From NCBI GenBank assembly GCA_024636315.1, contig JAGXHJ010000074.1, positions 4,062 to 68,061 of the forward strand: a DNA stretch of 64,000 nt. The letters run 5' to 3'. A program made the translations under genes and the position numbers. Shown in pieces: positions 10,167 to 20,302 of this stretch (positions are counted from its first letter, which is position 1; every line of letters starts with the position of its first letter). Source of the DNA: Methylophaga sp. GTDB taxonomy: Bacteria > Pseudomonadota > Gammaproteobacteria > Nitrosococcales > Methylophagaceae. The notes beneath the pieces are model-generated. The model saw only the letters and a list, made by a program, of their open reading frames with translations, ran no database searches and was not told the origin of the DNA.

Positions 10167-11573
10167 ATGACTTCGACTTCGACTGCAACTACGCCCAAGA
10201 AAAAACTATCATCAGCTCGTCTGACCCAGCCGACTAACGCCTTTGTGGAAGAATTCACTGCCTCAGTGCAATTTGATAAGCGGATGTATCGCCAAGATAT
10301 TCAAGGCTCCATAGCTCACGCAACTATGTTAGAAAGCGTTGGCGTGCTAAGTAATGAAGAATGTACCAAAATTATTGCTGGTCTAGATACCATCCAAATC
10401 GAAATCGAAAACGATGATTTTGAATGGTCGATCGCCCAAGAAGATGTACACATGAACATCGAAGCTCGGCTGATTGCGCTCATCGGTGAAGTGGGTAAAA
10501 AATTACACACTGGCCGCTCACGTAATGACCAAGTCGCTACAGATGTAAGGCTTTACTTACGCGATATGATACAGCCCATAAGGTCTGAACTATTTCGCTT
10601 ACAAGATGCACTACTCAATGTCGCAGAACGTGAAGCAGACACTATTATGCCCGGCTTTACCCACCTGCAAACCGCACAACCAATTACTTTCGGTCATCAC
10701 ATGCTAGCGTGGTATGAAATGTTAGTGCGTGATGCCGAGCGTTTAGATGATTGCGAAAAACGTGTGAATTCATCACCTCTTGGTGCTGCGGCATTGGCGG
10801 GAACAACCTTCCCTATTGATCGTGAATTAACTGCTAAATTACTAGGTTTTGAACGCATTTGCCTTAATTCACTTGATGCCGTCAGTGATCGTGATTTTGC
10901 CATTGAATTCACCAGCTTTGCTTCTTTATTGATGATGCATATGTCGCGCTTCTCCGAAGAACTGATCATCTGGTCATCAGCACAATTTGATTTTGTTGAT
11001 TTAGGTGATGCCTTCTGCACTGGCTCATCAATTATGCCGCAAAAGAAAAACCCTGATGTACCAGAATTGATCCGCGGTAAAACTAGTCGTGTTTATGGCA
11101 ATATGTTCAACTTGTTCACCTTGATGAAAAACCAACCACTGGCTTACAACAAAGATAACCAAGAAGATAAAGAACCATTGTTCGACACGATCGATACATT
11201 ATTAGGTTCATTACGCGTATATGCCGACATGATGGGTGCAATTTCTGTTAAAGCTGACAATATGCGTAACGCGGCATTACGTGGTTATGCCACAGCAACC
11301 GATTTAGCCGATTATTTAGTACGTAAAGGTGTTGCCTTCCGTGACGCTCATGAAGTCGTTGGTTTATCGGTGGCTTATGGTATTAAACACAAAAAAGATT
11401 TGTCTGAACTTAGCCTACAAGAACTGCAAACTTTCTCAGCTCAAATCAGCGATGACGTGTTTGAAGTTTTAACCTTAGAAGGTTCTGTAGCGGCTCGCGA
11501 CCATCTTGGTGGCACAGCGCCAAATCAAGTACGTGCGGCAATTCGTTATGCGCGTTCACAACGCGAAGACTAG
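10167..11573 (+). CDS. argH: argininosuccinate lyase
   Basis: 468 aa with the fumarate-lyase signature [12 protein letters not shown], plus [10 protein letters not shown] and TFGHH. Confidence 0.96.
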   Translation: MTSTSTATTPKKKLSSARLTQPTNAFVEEFTASVQFDKRMYRQDIQGSIAHATMLESVGVLSNEECTKIIAGLDTIQIEIENDDFEWSIAQEDVHMNIEARLIALIGEVGKKLHTGRSRNDQVATDVRLYLRDMIQPIRSELFRLQDALLNVAEREADTIMPGFTHLQTAQPITFGHHMLAWYEMLVRDAERLDDCEKRVNSSPLGAAALAGTTFPIDRELTAKLLGFERICLNSLDAVSDRDFAIEFTSFASLLMMHMSRFSEELIIWSSAQFDFVDLGDAFCTGSSIMPQKKNPDVPELIRGKTSRVYGNMFNLFTLMKNQPLAYNKDNQEDKEPLFDTIDTLLGSLRVYADMMGAISVKADNMRNAALRGYATATDLADYLVRKGVAFRDAHEVVGLSVAYGIKHKKDLSELSLQELQTFSAQISDDVFEVLTLEGSVAARDHLGGTAPNQVRAAIRYARSQRED

Positions 11574-12709
11574 CACTTAGCAGTTTCGTTATCAGGCTGT
11601 AATATTATTGCGGCTTGATAACGCGGCTGGCCATAACCTAATATCCGATTAAACTCCTCATGAGTTACCGGAATATACAAACTATCTGTCAGACTTTTAT
11701 TTTCTTCCAAATCTATCTCCGGATCATGAAAATAAACAAAAGTATCTGAGATAGAGGCTAATACCACCCAGTGAGGTGATTTGCTCTGGTTCAAGCGATA
11801 AGAGCTAATTAGCACTACTGCCAATGCCCCTTTCTCCAAATATGATCGCAATATAGCCACATCAACTTGACCTTTCTCAACTGACATATCCGTCTCAGCA
11901 ATAGCTAGCTGAAAATCCTGATGCACTAATTCAACGACGGCTTTTTTCTTGTCATTACGCACACCGTTAATAAAAGGTGTTTCCGTACTGCTGGTAATGA
12001 GTGTTGTCGAAAAACCTCGATTATAAGCAGATAAGGCCAGCCCGTGAGGACTACATCCGCCATGACCCGATGTCATAAAAATAGTGGTTGCTTCGCGCCA
12101 CAACTTTAACTCTAAACTACGACCTAACTCAAACTCGGGTCTGAGCGTTTTCATCACCATCATCAGTGCCGCAGGACCGCAGGTAAAGTCCGTCGTTTGG
12201 GCATAATGCGCCACTTTCTGGTGCGCTTGCTCCGGTTCGTGATGTAAGACCTTCATCATCCTTAACGCATCAGCATGATCTTCGTAATAATCGCTGACTA
12301 CATCAAAGAATTCATATCCTAATTTTTCATATAAGCGAATCGCACCCGCATTATCTGGCCGCACTTCCAATCGCAAAAAACTTCGGCCATCTTCCAAGGC
12401 TTCGCGCTCTGCGATTTCCATCAATTGTCTAGCTAGACCTAGTTTTCTTTGCTCAGCAGAAACCGCCAGCGAATACACTCGCCCTAACGAGGTACCTTGA
12501 TGGTAAAGCAACAAGACATAACCCACGAGATGTTGCTCAGACTCTGCCACCAGCAACAAAGCCCTACCTTTTGTAATCATCCATTTAAAACTACGGCGTG
12601 ATAATTGATCAGAATCAAAACAGTTATTTTCGAGCTCGACCAGCGGGTCTACATCGCTGACAACTGCGGGTCTTATCCAGACATTATTGTCAGTTGTTAA
12701 CATTACCAT
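11570..12709 (-). CDS. fusion protein: N-terminal GNAT acetyltransferase (RimI-like) plus C-terminal papain-like (peptidase C39-like) domain
   Basis: 379 aa. Residues 1-150 carry GNAT motif A ([11 protein letters not shown]). The C-terminal half has a candidate Cys nucleophile in [13 protein letters not shown] (Cys177) and a His in KSPHWVVL, followed by FHDP. The start overlaps the upstream M14 gene by about 20 nt. Confidence 0.75.
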   Translation of the reverse strand: MVMLTTDNNVWIRPAVVSDVDPLVELENNCFDSDQLSRRSFKWMITKGRALLLVAESEQHLVGYVLLLYHQGTSLGRVYSLAVSAEQRKLGLARQLMEIAEREALEDGRSFLRLEVRPDNAGAIRLYEKLGYEFFDVVSDYYEDHADALRMMKVLHHEPEQAHQKVAHYAQTTDFTCGPAALMMVMKTLRPEFELGRSLELKLWREATTIFMTSGHGGCSPHGLALSAYNRGFSTTLITSSTETPFINGVRNDKKKAVVELVHQDFQLAIAETDMSVEKGQVDVAILRSYLEKGALAVVLISSYRLNQSKSPHWVVLASISDTFVYFHDPEIDLEENKSLTDSLYIPVTHEEFNRILGYGQPRYQAAIILQPDNETAKC

Positions 12710-13784
12710 CCAATCCGTTTAAGCTCGTTAAGCCATTCAGCGCCATTTCAATCACTTGTCGCCCACGAAATAATACTAATTCCTGCCATCGCTTCTCGTC
12801 CGGACAGAAAAAATCCTGCATCGCGTATTTAATCTCACGCGTTTTTTCATCTTGCCAGCTAATCTTATGCTGTTGTAATTGTTGATCCGCAAATAAAACA
12901 CGTAACATTTCACTGCTACTGAAAGTGCCAAATTCCAGCGTAACAAAACTGACATGGTCTCCCTGAGCATGCCAAAAATAATCATGTAAGCCCTGTTTTA
13001 AGCCTGAACTAGAGGTGCCCAAAGCTGGCTCAGTCACACTGGCACCAAAAACATCCAGCACAGTATTTCTCGCGGGATTTGTAACAGGATGATCACTAAT
13101 TATTTCGCCATAACCATAAGGCCCTAAACCACTATGCAAATCAATCACAATGACCTGTTCGCGTTCAGTAAGATGAAGTTGTCCTGCTAACTGCTCAATA
13201 CACTGTCGAGACCAACTGGCTTTCTTGCCACCAAAATATAGGGCGGTTGGATCGTCATATTGCCCTTCACTCAATAAATCGAATTGTTGACGGTCGCTGC
13301 CTACCGTATTTATATCAACCTTTTTATCAATCAACGTCTTCCAAATATCGGCTGATTTTGAAGTGGGTAATGGGGCGGAGAAATCGACAAAATTTCGATT
13401 AACGTCTATGCCCTCATGATCGCTACGACTTGCCCATGCTAAACCCCAAGGATTGAGCGCATGAACTAATACCACACACAAATCCGCAGGTAATCTGCGA
13501 TGACGCGTTAAGAAATCTGATTGTATCGCTGAACCAACCCCACCTTCAACGCCATGTAGGCCTGAAACTAATACCAACACCTGTTTCGCATTAAGGTTAC
13601 CTGCCCATGCGATATCACAAAACAATTTTTCGCCTCTAGGGCCTTTGAGCGTATGCTGATGACTATTTACCTTGTCTACAATAGAACTCATTTCTGCTGC
13701 GGACATGAATTTTTCGCGGGCATCAGGATAACGCTGTGAAAACACATTTAAAACAGCATCTGTGTACATAATACGGCTCTCCAA
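12690..13784 (-). CDS. M14-family zinc carboxypeptidase-like protein (DUF2817 / succinylglutamate-desuccinylase-like fold)
   Basis: 364 aa. It has an HxxE zinc motif in SGLHGVEGG and a later DLHSGLG histidine. It is transcribed divergently from the RimK-family gene. Confidence 0.65.
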   Translation of the reverse strand: MESRIMYTDAVLNVFSQRYPDAREKFMSAAEMSSIVDKVNSHQHTLKGPRGEKLFCDIAWAGNLNAKQVLVLVSGLHGVEGGVGSAIQSDFLTRHRRLPADLCVVLVHALNPWGLAWASRSDHEGIDVNRNFVDFSAPLPTSKSADIWKTLIDKKVDINTVGSDRQQFDLLSEGQYDDPTALYFGGKKASWSRQCIEQLAGQLHLTEREQVIVIDLHSGLGPYGYGEIISDHPVTNPARNTVLDVFGASVTEPALGTSSSGLKQGLHDYFWHAQGDHVSFVTLEFGTFSSSEMLRVLFADQQLQQHKISWQDEKTREIKYAMQDFFCPDEKRWQELVLFRGRQVIEMALNGLTSLNGLDGNVNN

Positions 13785-13935
13785 AACACAAAATTTTTGC
13801 GAAGGATAGGTGAGTTTTCAGCTTTAATCCAGTGAAATAATCCCCACCAAAAAATAAATATTACACGGCATTCATAATAACTTTATTATTCGCATAAATG
13901 ACAACCTTTCATTAACGAGGCACTAAGCCACAGCC

Positions 13936-15420
13936 ATGACTAATCACCTAATTATTATAGAAAACAAAGAAGATTGGGCGCCTTATTTTCCTAGCGTTCA
14001 AGTTATTACTGTCGATGAATATCTACAAAACCCTACACAAACAAGCAGATCCGTGTCACAAGTCATCAACCTTTGTCATAGCTTAGATTATCTGAGTCCT
14101 GGTTATTACTGCTCGATGGTTTCTGAAGCTCGCGGTCATAAAGTCATTCCCGGATTGCGCACGATTAATGATTTATCGCGCAAAAGTCTTTATGCCTATG
14201 ACATCACAGAGCTAGCGCCACAACTCGATAAATTAATTTCTGCAACCGATAACAGTGATAAACGTCCTTTCCTCGTTAAAGTGTTTTTTGGTTATTGTGA
14301 TATCAAACCGCTACAAAAACTGGCTCGGCAGATTTATGAGCAATTTCCATGTCCAATTGTGGAAATTGAGTTTAGCCATAAAGATCACTGGCAAATCAGC
14401 ACCGTAAAAGCGGGGGCGATCAATAAGCTAAATGAAGTAGAGCAAGACAGTTTTGCTAATGCACTGGATAATTTTGATCGCAAACTGTGGCGTAAGCCGT
14501 CCAAAAAACGCAGTTTCCGTTATGACATGGCAATATTGCATAATCCTGAAGAAGCGATGCCGCCTAGTGATGCGACTGCGCTTAAGCGCTTCATCCAAAG
14601 TGGTCGCCGTATTGGGATAGATGTCGAACTCATCACGCCTAAAGACTACAACCGACTGGCTGAATACGATGCCTTGTTTATTCGTGAAACGACGGCAACC
14701 AATAATCACACCTACAAATTCGCCCGCCGTGCCGAAAGAGAAGGGCTTGTTGTTATTGATGATCCGACCTCAATCATTCGATGCACCAATAAAATTTATC
14801 TAATGGAATTATTGGTTGCCAACAAATTACCGATGCCAGATTCATATCTGCTCTACCGCAACGATAATGCTGGCATGGATAGAATTTGTAATGATGTCGC
14901 CTTCCCTCTGGTCATGAAAATCCCTGATGGCGCTTTTTCACGAGGCATTATCAAAGTAAATTCGGCCGAAGAACTTCGCCTGCACGCGGCAGAGTATTTT
15001 CAGCAATCGGCCATCGTGTTACTACAAGAATTTATGTACACCGATTTCGATTGGCGCATTGGTGTTTTTAACAACAAACCGATCTTTGCCTGTCAATATT
15101 TTATGAGCAAAGGTCACTGGCAAATCTACAATCATAATACATCTAAGGGTACGGCGAGTGGTAGCTCTGCAGCTTTTTCACTAAGTGACGTACCTGAAAA
15201 GGTGCTCAAAGTGGCAACAAAAGCCGCTCGCTTAGTCGGCGATGGCCTTTATGGGATCGACATTAAACAAAGCGGTGACCGTGTAGTGTTGATTGAAATT
15301 AATGACAACCCTAATATTGATAGCGGTGTCGAAGATGCTCATCTTGGTATCGCATTGTATGACGATATTATGAGAGAATTTTTACGGCGTTTAGATACCC
15401 AAAAATCCGTAATACGTTAA
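13936..15420 (+). CDS. RimK-family ATP-grasp ligase (alpha-L-glutamate ligase-like) with an extra N-terminal domain of about 190 aa
   Basis: 494 aa. The C-terminal 300 aa look like a RimK ATP-grasp domain (FPLVMKIPDGAFSRGI, LLQEFM..DFDWRIGV, VLIEINDNPNIDSGVED). Confidence 0.8.
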   Translation: MTNHLIIIENKEDWAPYFPSVQVITVDEYLQNPTQTSRSVSQVINLCHSLDYLSPGYYCSMVSEARGHKVIPGLRTINDLSRKSLYAYDITELAPQLDKLISATDNSDKRPFLVKVFFGYCDIKPLQKLARQIYEQFPCPIVEIEFSHKDHWQISTVKAGAINKLNEVEQDSFANALDNFDRKLWRKPSKKRSFRYDMAILHNPEEAMPPSDATALKRFIQSGRRIGIDVELITPKDYNRLAEYDALFIRETTATNNHTYKFARRAEREGLVVIDDPTSIIRCTNKIYLMELLVANKLPMPDSYLLYRNDNAGMDRICNDVAFPLVMKIPDGAFSRGIIKVNSAEELRLHAAEYFQQSAIVLLQEFMYTDFDWRIGVFNNKPIFACQYFMSKGHWQIYNHNTSKGTASGSSAAFSLSDVPEKVLKVATKAARLVGDGLYGIDIKQSGDRVVLIEINDNPNIDSGVEDAHLGIALYDDIMREFLRRLDTQKSVIR

Positions 15421-15440
15421 CAAATAGGTATTTTACAAAC

Positions 15441-15479
15441 AAAAAAGCGGCGATAATTTGATTATCGCCGCTTTTTTTA
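15441..15479. terminator. bidirectional rho-independent terminator between the RimK-family gene and the TonB-dependent receptor
   Basis: aaaaaAGCGGCGATAATttgATTATCGCCGCTttttttt is a perfect 12-bp stem flanked by an A-run and a T-run. Confidence 0.75.
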
Positions 15480-15500
15480 TTGCTTAGTTAAGTTAAAAAC

Positions 15501-17591
15501 TTAGAAGCTATAGCTTGCTCCAACATGTAGGCCACGTTCTTCACCTACAAAATAACGATCACCGCCACCAGCTACGCTATAATCAGCCCGCTCTGCATAC
15601 TCAGTGTTAAGCAAATTATTAATTCGACCATAAATCGTAAGATTATTAGTAACCTTATGATTCGCTCTCAAATTCAACAGATCATGACCATCATAACTAT
15701 GAACGTTACCATCGTCGGTGTAATAACGGCCAACATGGATCCACTCTAATTCCATTCGACTTTGTACTTGGAAATTCCAGCCAAGACGGACGTTGGCCAT
15801 ATGTCTCGGCGCAGTATTCATATCATCACCATCTTTAATCGTGCTTGATAATACTGGTCCAGAAAAACTGCTAACTTCATGATCAAAGTCATATTGATGA
15901 CGAGCATAGGTAAAGCTACCACCTAAATCAAACTGCTCTCCTATTGGCGTAAAGGCACTCAGCTCAATACCATAGTGTGTAGTTTTACCATCAGGCACAT
16001 TGTTATCACTTGAATCTCGGAAAAAGTAATCTTTTTTCTTCATATAAAATGTGGTGGCTTCATATTGAATGCCTGCGCCCACTTTTCTAACACCAATTTC
16101 AATACTATCTATAGTTTCAGAGTCTGCGGTAAGCGTATTATTAGTATCTTTACGCATACGATATAGATCAGTCGTCTGTGGGGCCCGATTACCACGAGCC
16201 AAATTTATAAATGCACTCGTATCTTCGGTTAAAAATTGAGTTAAACCTAGTTTAGGACTGAAATTATTAAACGTATCATCCCGATCACCTGGTCGATAAA
16301 AGGTTGAACCGAACTTACCATCGCCTGTTTTATTATCATACTCATAACGGGTATGTTCAAATCGAGTACCTGCTGTTAAGCGTGTATTTTCTAGCAGTTG
16401 CCACTCTGTATGAATATAAGGCGCAATCACTGTAGCATTTACATCATAATTATAATGTGTTCCCTGAACATATTTCCCCCCAGGCCCACCATATCCAGGA
16501 GAGCCAACAGGATCCGCTTCTGTTTGAATTTCTGACAATTCTCCATGCGTAAATTCTACATCGGTTCCCAAGATAACCTTGTGGCCACCTTCCAAGTCAC
16601 GATAATATGCCGCTAACAAACCAGCACTGCCATGTTCATTTTTTTCCACAGGGTTTGCAGGAAGAAAATGCATCAAGAAGTTCATTTCTGTATGACGAAC
16701 ATACGGCGTCAAACTGAAATATGAATTATCAGTCAACTCATGATCCCAGCGAGTAGATAATCTTACTGATTTTGCATCACGATAGGCTTGGGGATCATCA
16801 TTAATTTTCGATTCGGCGGTATTTTTATATGCATCAGTACCAACTTTATAACCAGCGGTTTCTTGATTTAAATTCGCTGCAGTAAAAATAGTTTTAAAGG
16901 TATCTTTTTCACCATAATAATCATGACGGAAGGTCATTTTTTGTTGATCAAATCCAGATTCACTTATATAACCGCCATCTGTCGTGCCATTAAGACTAAA
17001 ACGATAAGCTTGATTGCCAATAGTGTCACTCACTGTCGCTTTAGTTGAATAAAGATCATGTGGACCCACAGAAACATCAATTGAACGTTCAAGATCTAAT
17101 GATGGTGCACGAGAAAGTACGTTGACCAAACCATGAACCGCATTTGAGCCATATAAAGCACTACCTGGGCCACGAACGACTTCAATGCCGCCAGCTTGTT
17201 CGGTGTTGGCTTCAAATAAACCATTTACGTTTGCAAAACCCGCCGCACGCATTGGTACGCCATCTTCCAAATACAAAAATGAACCGGCACCCGCACCACC
17301 ATTTAAAATCGGTGAACGAATTGAGGTTAAATGTTCTTGACCATTGCCACGTTGGATCATAACGCCAGGAAGACGATTAATCACTTCAGTAATATGATCA
17401 GCCCGTACAAAATCAATTTCTTCTTCAGAGATTTTAGCCGTATTACCTGCTAAATCTAATAATGGGGTTTCCGCACGTGTGCCAGTGACAACTAAACTAT
17501 CTAATGCAACATTACTATCAGCAAAAACCAATGGACTAACACATGAACTACTTAGTGCAACTAATAAAGTAACCTTTCTCAGTGTGAACAT
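15501..17591 (-). CDS. TonB-dependent outer-membrane receptor
   Basis: It has the signal peptide MFTLRKVTLLVALSSSCVSPLVFA and a plug domain (LDSLVVTGTR, a TonB-box-like string). The beta-barrel ends in the aromatic terminus ...GASYSF. The ATG at 17591 is preceded by GGAGG, so the ORF-track start at 17639 is probably too long. Confidence 0.9.
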   Translation of the reverse strand: MFTLRKVTLLVALSSSCVSPLVFADSNVALDSLVVTGTRAETPLLDLAGNTAKISEEEIDFVRADHITEVINRLPGVMIQRGNGQEHLTSIRSPILNGGAGAGSFLYLEDGVPMRAAGFANVNGLFEANTEQAGGIEVVRGPGSALYGSNAVHGLVNVLSRAPSLDLERSIDVSVGPHDLYSTKATVSDTIGNQAYRFSLNGTTDGGYISESGFDQQKMTFRHDYYGEKDTFKTIFTAANLNQETAGYKVGTDAYKNTAESKINDDPQAYRDAKSVRLSTRWDHELTDNSYFSLTPYVRHTEMNFLMHFLPANPVEKNEHGSAGLLAAYYRDLEGGHKVILGTDVEFTHGELSEIQTEADPVGSPGYGGPGGKYVQGTHYNYDVNATVIAPYIHTEWQLLENTRLTAGTRFEHTRYEYDNKTGDGKFGSTFYRPGDRDDTFNNFSPKLGLTQFLTEDTSAFINLARGNRAPQTTDLYRMRKDTNNTLTADSETIDSIEIGVRKVGAGIQYEATTFYMKKKDYFFRDSSDNNVPDGKTTHYGIELSAFTPIGEQFDLGGSFTYARHQYDFDHEVSSFSGPVLSSTIKDGDDMNTAPRHMANVRLGWNFQVQSRMELEWIHVGRYYTDDGNVHSYDGHDLLNLRANHKVTNNLTIYGRINNLLNTEYAERADYSVAGGGDRYFVGEERGLHVGASYSF

Positions 17592-17743
17592 AATAAACCT
17601 CCAATACTTATAAAATTTCAGTTGTACATTGTCGCACACCTCAAAGATCTAAGACTCAGAAAAATCCTTGGAAAGCCTTGTAATTAGTCCTTAATGCCCC
17701 CATTTGATGATCTAAATCAATTTAGGTGGCTAAAAATACATTT

Positions 17744-18655
17744 ATGGAATACAAAGATTATTACCAAATTCTCGGTGTCGCACGTGACGTCTCTAAAGAA
17801 GACCTTAAAAAAGCATATCGAAAATTAGCACGCAAATATCATCCTGATGTAAGCAAAGAGACTGATGCTGAAGCTAAGTTCAAAGAACTTGGTGAAGCAT
17901 ACGAAGTGCTAAAAGATCCTGAAAAACGAGCACAATACGATCAATTTGGTTCTAATTATAAAAATGGCCAATCTTTTACACCGCCACCGGGCTGGGGTCA
18001 ACAAGGCGGCCGTCGTGGTGGAGGCTTTGATGGCAATAGTAACTTCAGCAGTTTCTTTGACAGCATGTTTGGCGGTGGTGGCGCGAGTGGTGGTAGAGAT
18101 AACTTCTACGCTAAAGGTGAAGATGTAAACGCTAAGATCACTATTTCACTTGAAGATGCGTTTAACGGTGCTAAAAAAACCATTCGTCGTCCTAGTGGTT
18201 CTACTGAAACGGGTACTCTCAATGTCAAAATTCCTGCGGGAATTACATCTGGTAAAAAAATTCGCCTTTCTGGTCAGGGCCGTGCGGGCATGGGTGGCAG
18301 TGCCGGTGATTTGTTATTAGAAATCAATATTGCGACACATTCCCATTATCGTTTAGACGCTAGCAATGTCATTCTGGATCTCCCTATCGCGCCTTGGGAA
18401 GCAGCATTAGGTGCCAAAGTCACCGTGCCGACTTTGGCAGGAAAAATTAATCTCACTATTCCAGCAGGCGCTAAAAGCGGTCAAAAGATGCGCTTAAAAG
18501 GTCGGGGGTTGCCAGGCAAAGAACCAGGCGACCAAATTGTGAATTTACAGATTATAACGCCCCCAGCTAATACCGATAAAGCAATACAACTATATCAACA
18601 AATGGCTGAAGAACTTAGCTTTAATCCTCGTGAAGAGCTGGAACTTACATTGTAA
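17744..18655 (+). CDS. cbpA: curved-DNA-binding protein CbpA (DnaJ-class co-chaperone lacking the zinc finger)
   Basis: It has a J domain, [12 protein letters not shown]...YHPDVSK.... The C-terminal region [19 protein letters not shown]...[15 protein letters not shown] closely resembles E. coli CbpA as I remember it. Confidence 0.85.
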   Translation: MEYKDYYQILGVARDVSKEDLKKAYRKLARKYHPDVSKETDAEAKFKELGEAYEVLKDPEKRAQYDQFGSNYKNGQSFTPPPGWGQQGGRRGGGFDGNSNFSSFFDSMFGGGGASGGRDNFYAKGEDVNAKITISLEDAFNGAKKTIRRPSGSTETGTLNVKIPAGITSGKKIRLSGQGRAGMGGSAGDLLLEINIATHSHYRLDASNVILDLPIAPWEAALGAKVTVPTLAGKINLTIPAGAKSGQKMRLKGRGLPGKEPGDQIVNLQIITPPANTDKAIQLYQQMAEELSFNPREELELTL

Positions 18656-18665
18656 GGAGTCAACA

Positions 18666-20033
18666 ATGAAATCTGCTATTGTTTGGTTGGCAGGGCTTAC
18701 TTTACTTGCTCAAGTGGCCTTTTCTGGTCTACCTTTTGCCTGGTTTGGCGGTAATACTGAGATGCCGTCACTTGCGCCGATGCTTGATAATTCTAAACCG
18801 GCCGTTGTTAATATCGCGACGCAAAGTCATGTGCGAATACAAGACAATCCTTTGCTCAATGACCCGTATTTTCGTCGTTTTTTCAATATTCCTGAACAAC
18901 AACCTCGCCAGCGCACCAAACAGAGCCTGGGTTCTGGTGTTATTTTTGATGCTAAAAAAGGTCTAGTTCTAACCAATAATCACGTCATTCATAAGGCCGA
19001 TGAAATTACGGTTTCGCTGACTGATGGTCGTAGCTTTCAAGCTGAACTTGTCGGTAGCGATCCCGCAACCGATATCGCTTTGATAAAAATACCAGCCGAA
19101 GCTCTGATTGCTTTACCGCTCGCCAATTCAGATAAATTACGCGTTGGCGACTTTGTCGTTGCTATTGGTAACCCTTTTGGTTTAGGCCAAACAGTTACTT
19201 CGGGCATCGTCAGTGCACTGGGTCGCAGTGGACTAGGAATTGAAGGCTACGAAAACTTTATTCAAACCGATGCTTCAATTAACCCCGGTAACTCTGGTGG
19301 TGCACTGGTTAATCTTCGAGGTGAATTGGTCGGCATCAATACCGCCATTTTCTCACCAGGCCAAAATGTAGGCAATGTCGGTATCGGTTTCGCTATCCCA
19401 AGCAATCTTGTTAAACAAATTACTGATCAACTACTTGAGCATGGTGAAGTAAGACGCGCTTACCTCGGCGTACAGATGCAAGATGTCACGCCTGAACTAG
19501 CCAGCGCCTTCAATCTTAGTTCAGATAAAGGAGCTGTAGTGACTCGTATATTAGAAGGATCTGCAGCTGATAAAGCAGGCCTAAAAGTAGGCGATGTCAT
19601 TACCGCAATTGATGACTATCACCTCGTCAATGCCGACACGCTACGTAACAGTATCGGCTTACTAGTCGTTGGCCAAACGATAAAACTAGATATTTTGCGT
19701 GAAGGAAAATCAAAGCAACTGACCGCCACGGTTAAAGAAACTAAACAAGCCAAGGTACAAGCAGCCGTGCACCCTAAACTATCCGGTGCTACTTTCGGTG
19801 ATATTGAACCATCATCGCCCTATTACGGACAAATTCACGGGGTTATGATCTATTCTGTTGTCGCCAACAGTCCTGCGTGGAATGCAGGCTTGCGGGGAAA
19901 TGACGTCATTACTTCCGTCAACAAAGAAAAAATTAAAACTCTCGAAGACTTCAAGCCGCTAGTCCAAAATGATGCCCCTTTATTACTCAATATCACTCGC
20001 AACCGTCAGGCAATGTTTTTGATTTTACGTTAA
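18666..20033 (+). CDS. periplasmic serine endoprotease of the DegP/DegQ (HtrA) family with two PDZ domains
   Basis: It has a signal peptide and the catalytic triad context (TNNHV, D..DIALIK, GNSGGAL). AAGGAG lies 7 nt upstream of the ATG at 18666. Confidence 0.9.
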   Translation: MKSAIVWLAGLTLLAQVAFSGLPFAWFGGNTEMPSLAPMLDNSKPAVVNIATQSHVRIQDNPLLNDPYFRRFFNIPEQQPRQRTKQSLGSGVIFDAKKGLVLTNNHVIHKADEITVSLTDGRSFQAELVGSDPATDIALIKIPAEALIALPLANSDKLRVGDFVVAIGNPFGLGQTVTSGIVSALGRSGLGIEGYENFIQTDASINPGNSGGALVNLRGELVGINTAIFSPGQNVGNVGIGFAIPSNLVKQITDQLLEHGEVRRAYLGVQMQDVTPELASAFNLSSDKGAVVTRILEGSAADKAGLKVGDVITAIDDYHLVNADTLRNSIGLLVVGQTIKLDILREGKSKQLTATVKETKQAKVQAAVHPKLSGATFGDIEPSSPYYGQIHGVMIYSVVANSPAWNAGLRGNDVITSVNKEKIKTLEDFKPLVQNDAPLLLNITRNRQAMFLILR

Positions 20034-20069
20034 TGTTTGCATCGTCAGATTAAGTCACCATAAATACAA

Positions 20070-20113
20070 AAGCCCCTCAACAGACCTTTTATTATGTTGG
20101 GGGGCTTTTTTTC
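20070..20113 (+). terminator. rho-independent terminator after the DegP/DegQ-family gene
   Basis: AGCCCCTCAACA-(loop)-TGTTGGGGGGCT followed by ttttttt. Confidence 0.7.
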
Positions 20114-20302
20114 AACTATTGCCCAAACTGCACTTGTCGTCTAAATCCAACAACATATTGCAACATTAAATAATTCTTATCATTTTTATTTGCAACATCT
20201 TCGCTGATAAATTGTCTACTTAGTAGAATAGATAGACGTTGTTTGATAACACACGCCTCTTTCGTCTTAATCCAAGCTACATGTCACCACGAGGAGATTA
20301 AA

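Noticed and set aside
17592-17725. A Fur box or riboswitch upstream of the TonB-dependent receptor.
   Set aside because: There is no match of useful quality to GATAATGATAATCATTATC. The leader is also too short (about 130 nt) for a cobalamin or TPP riboswitch.
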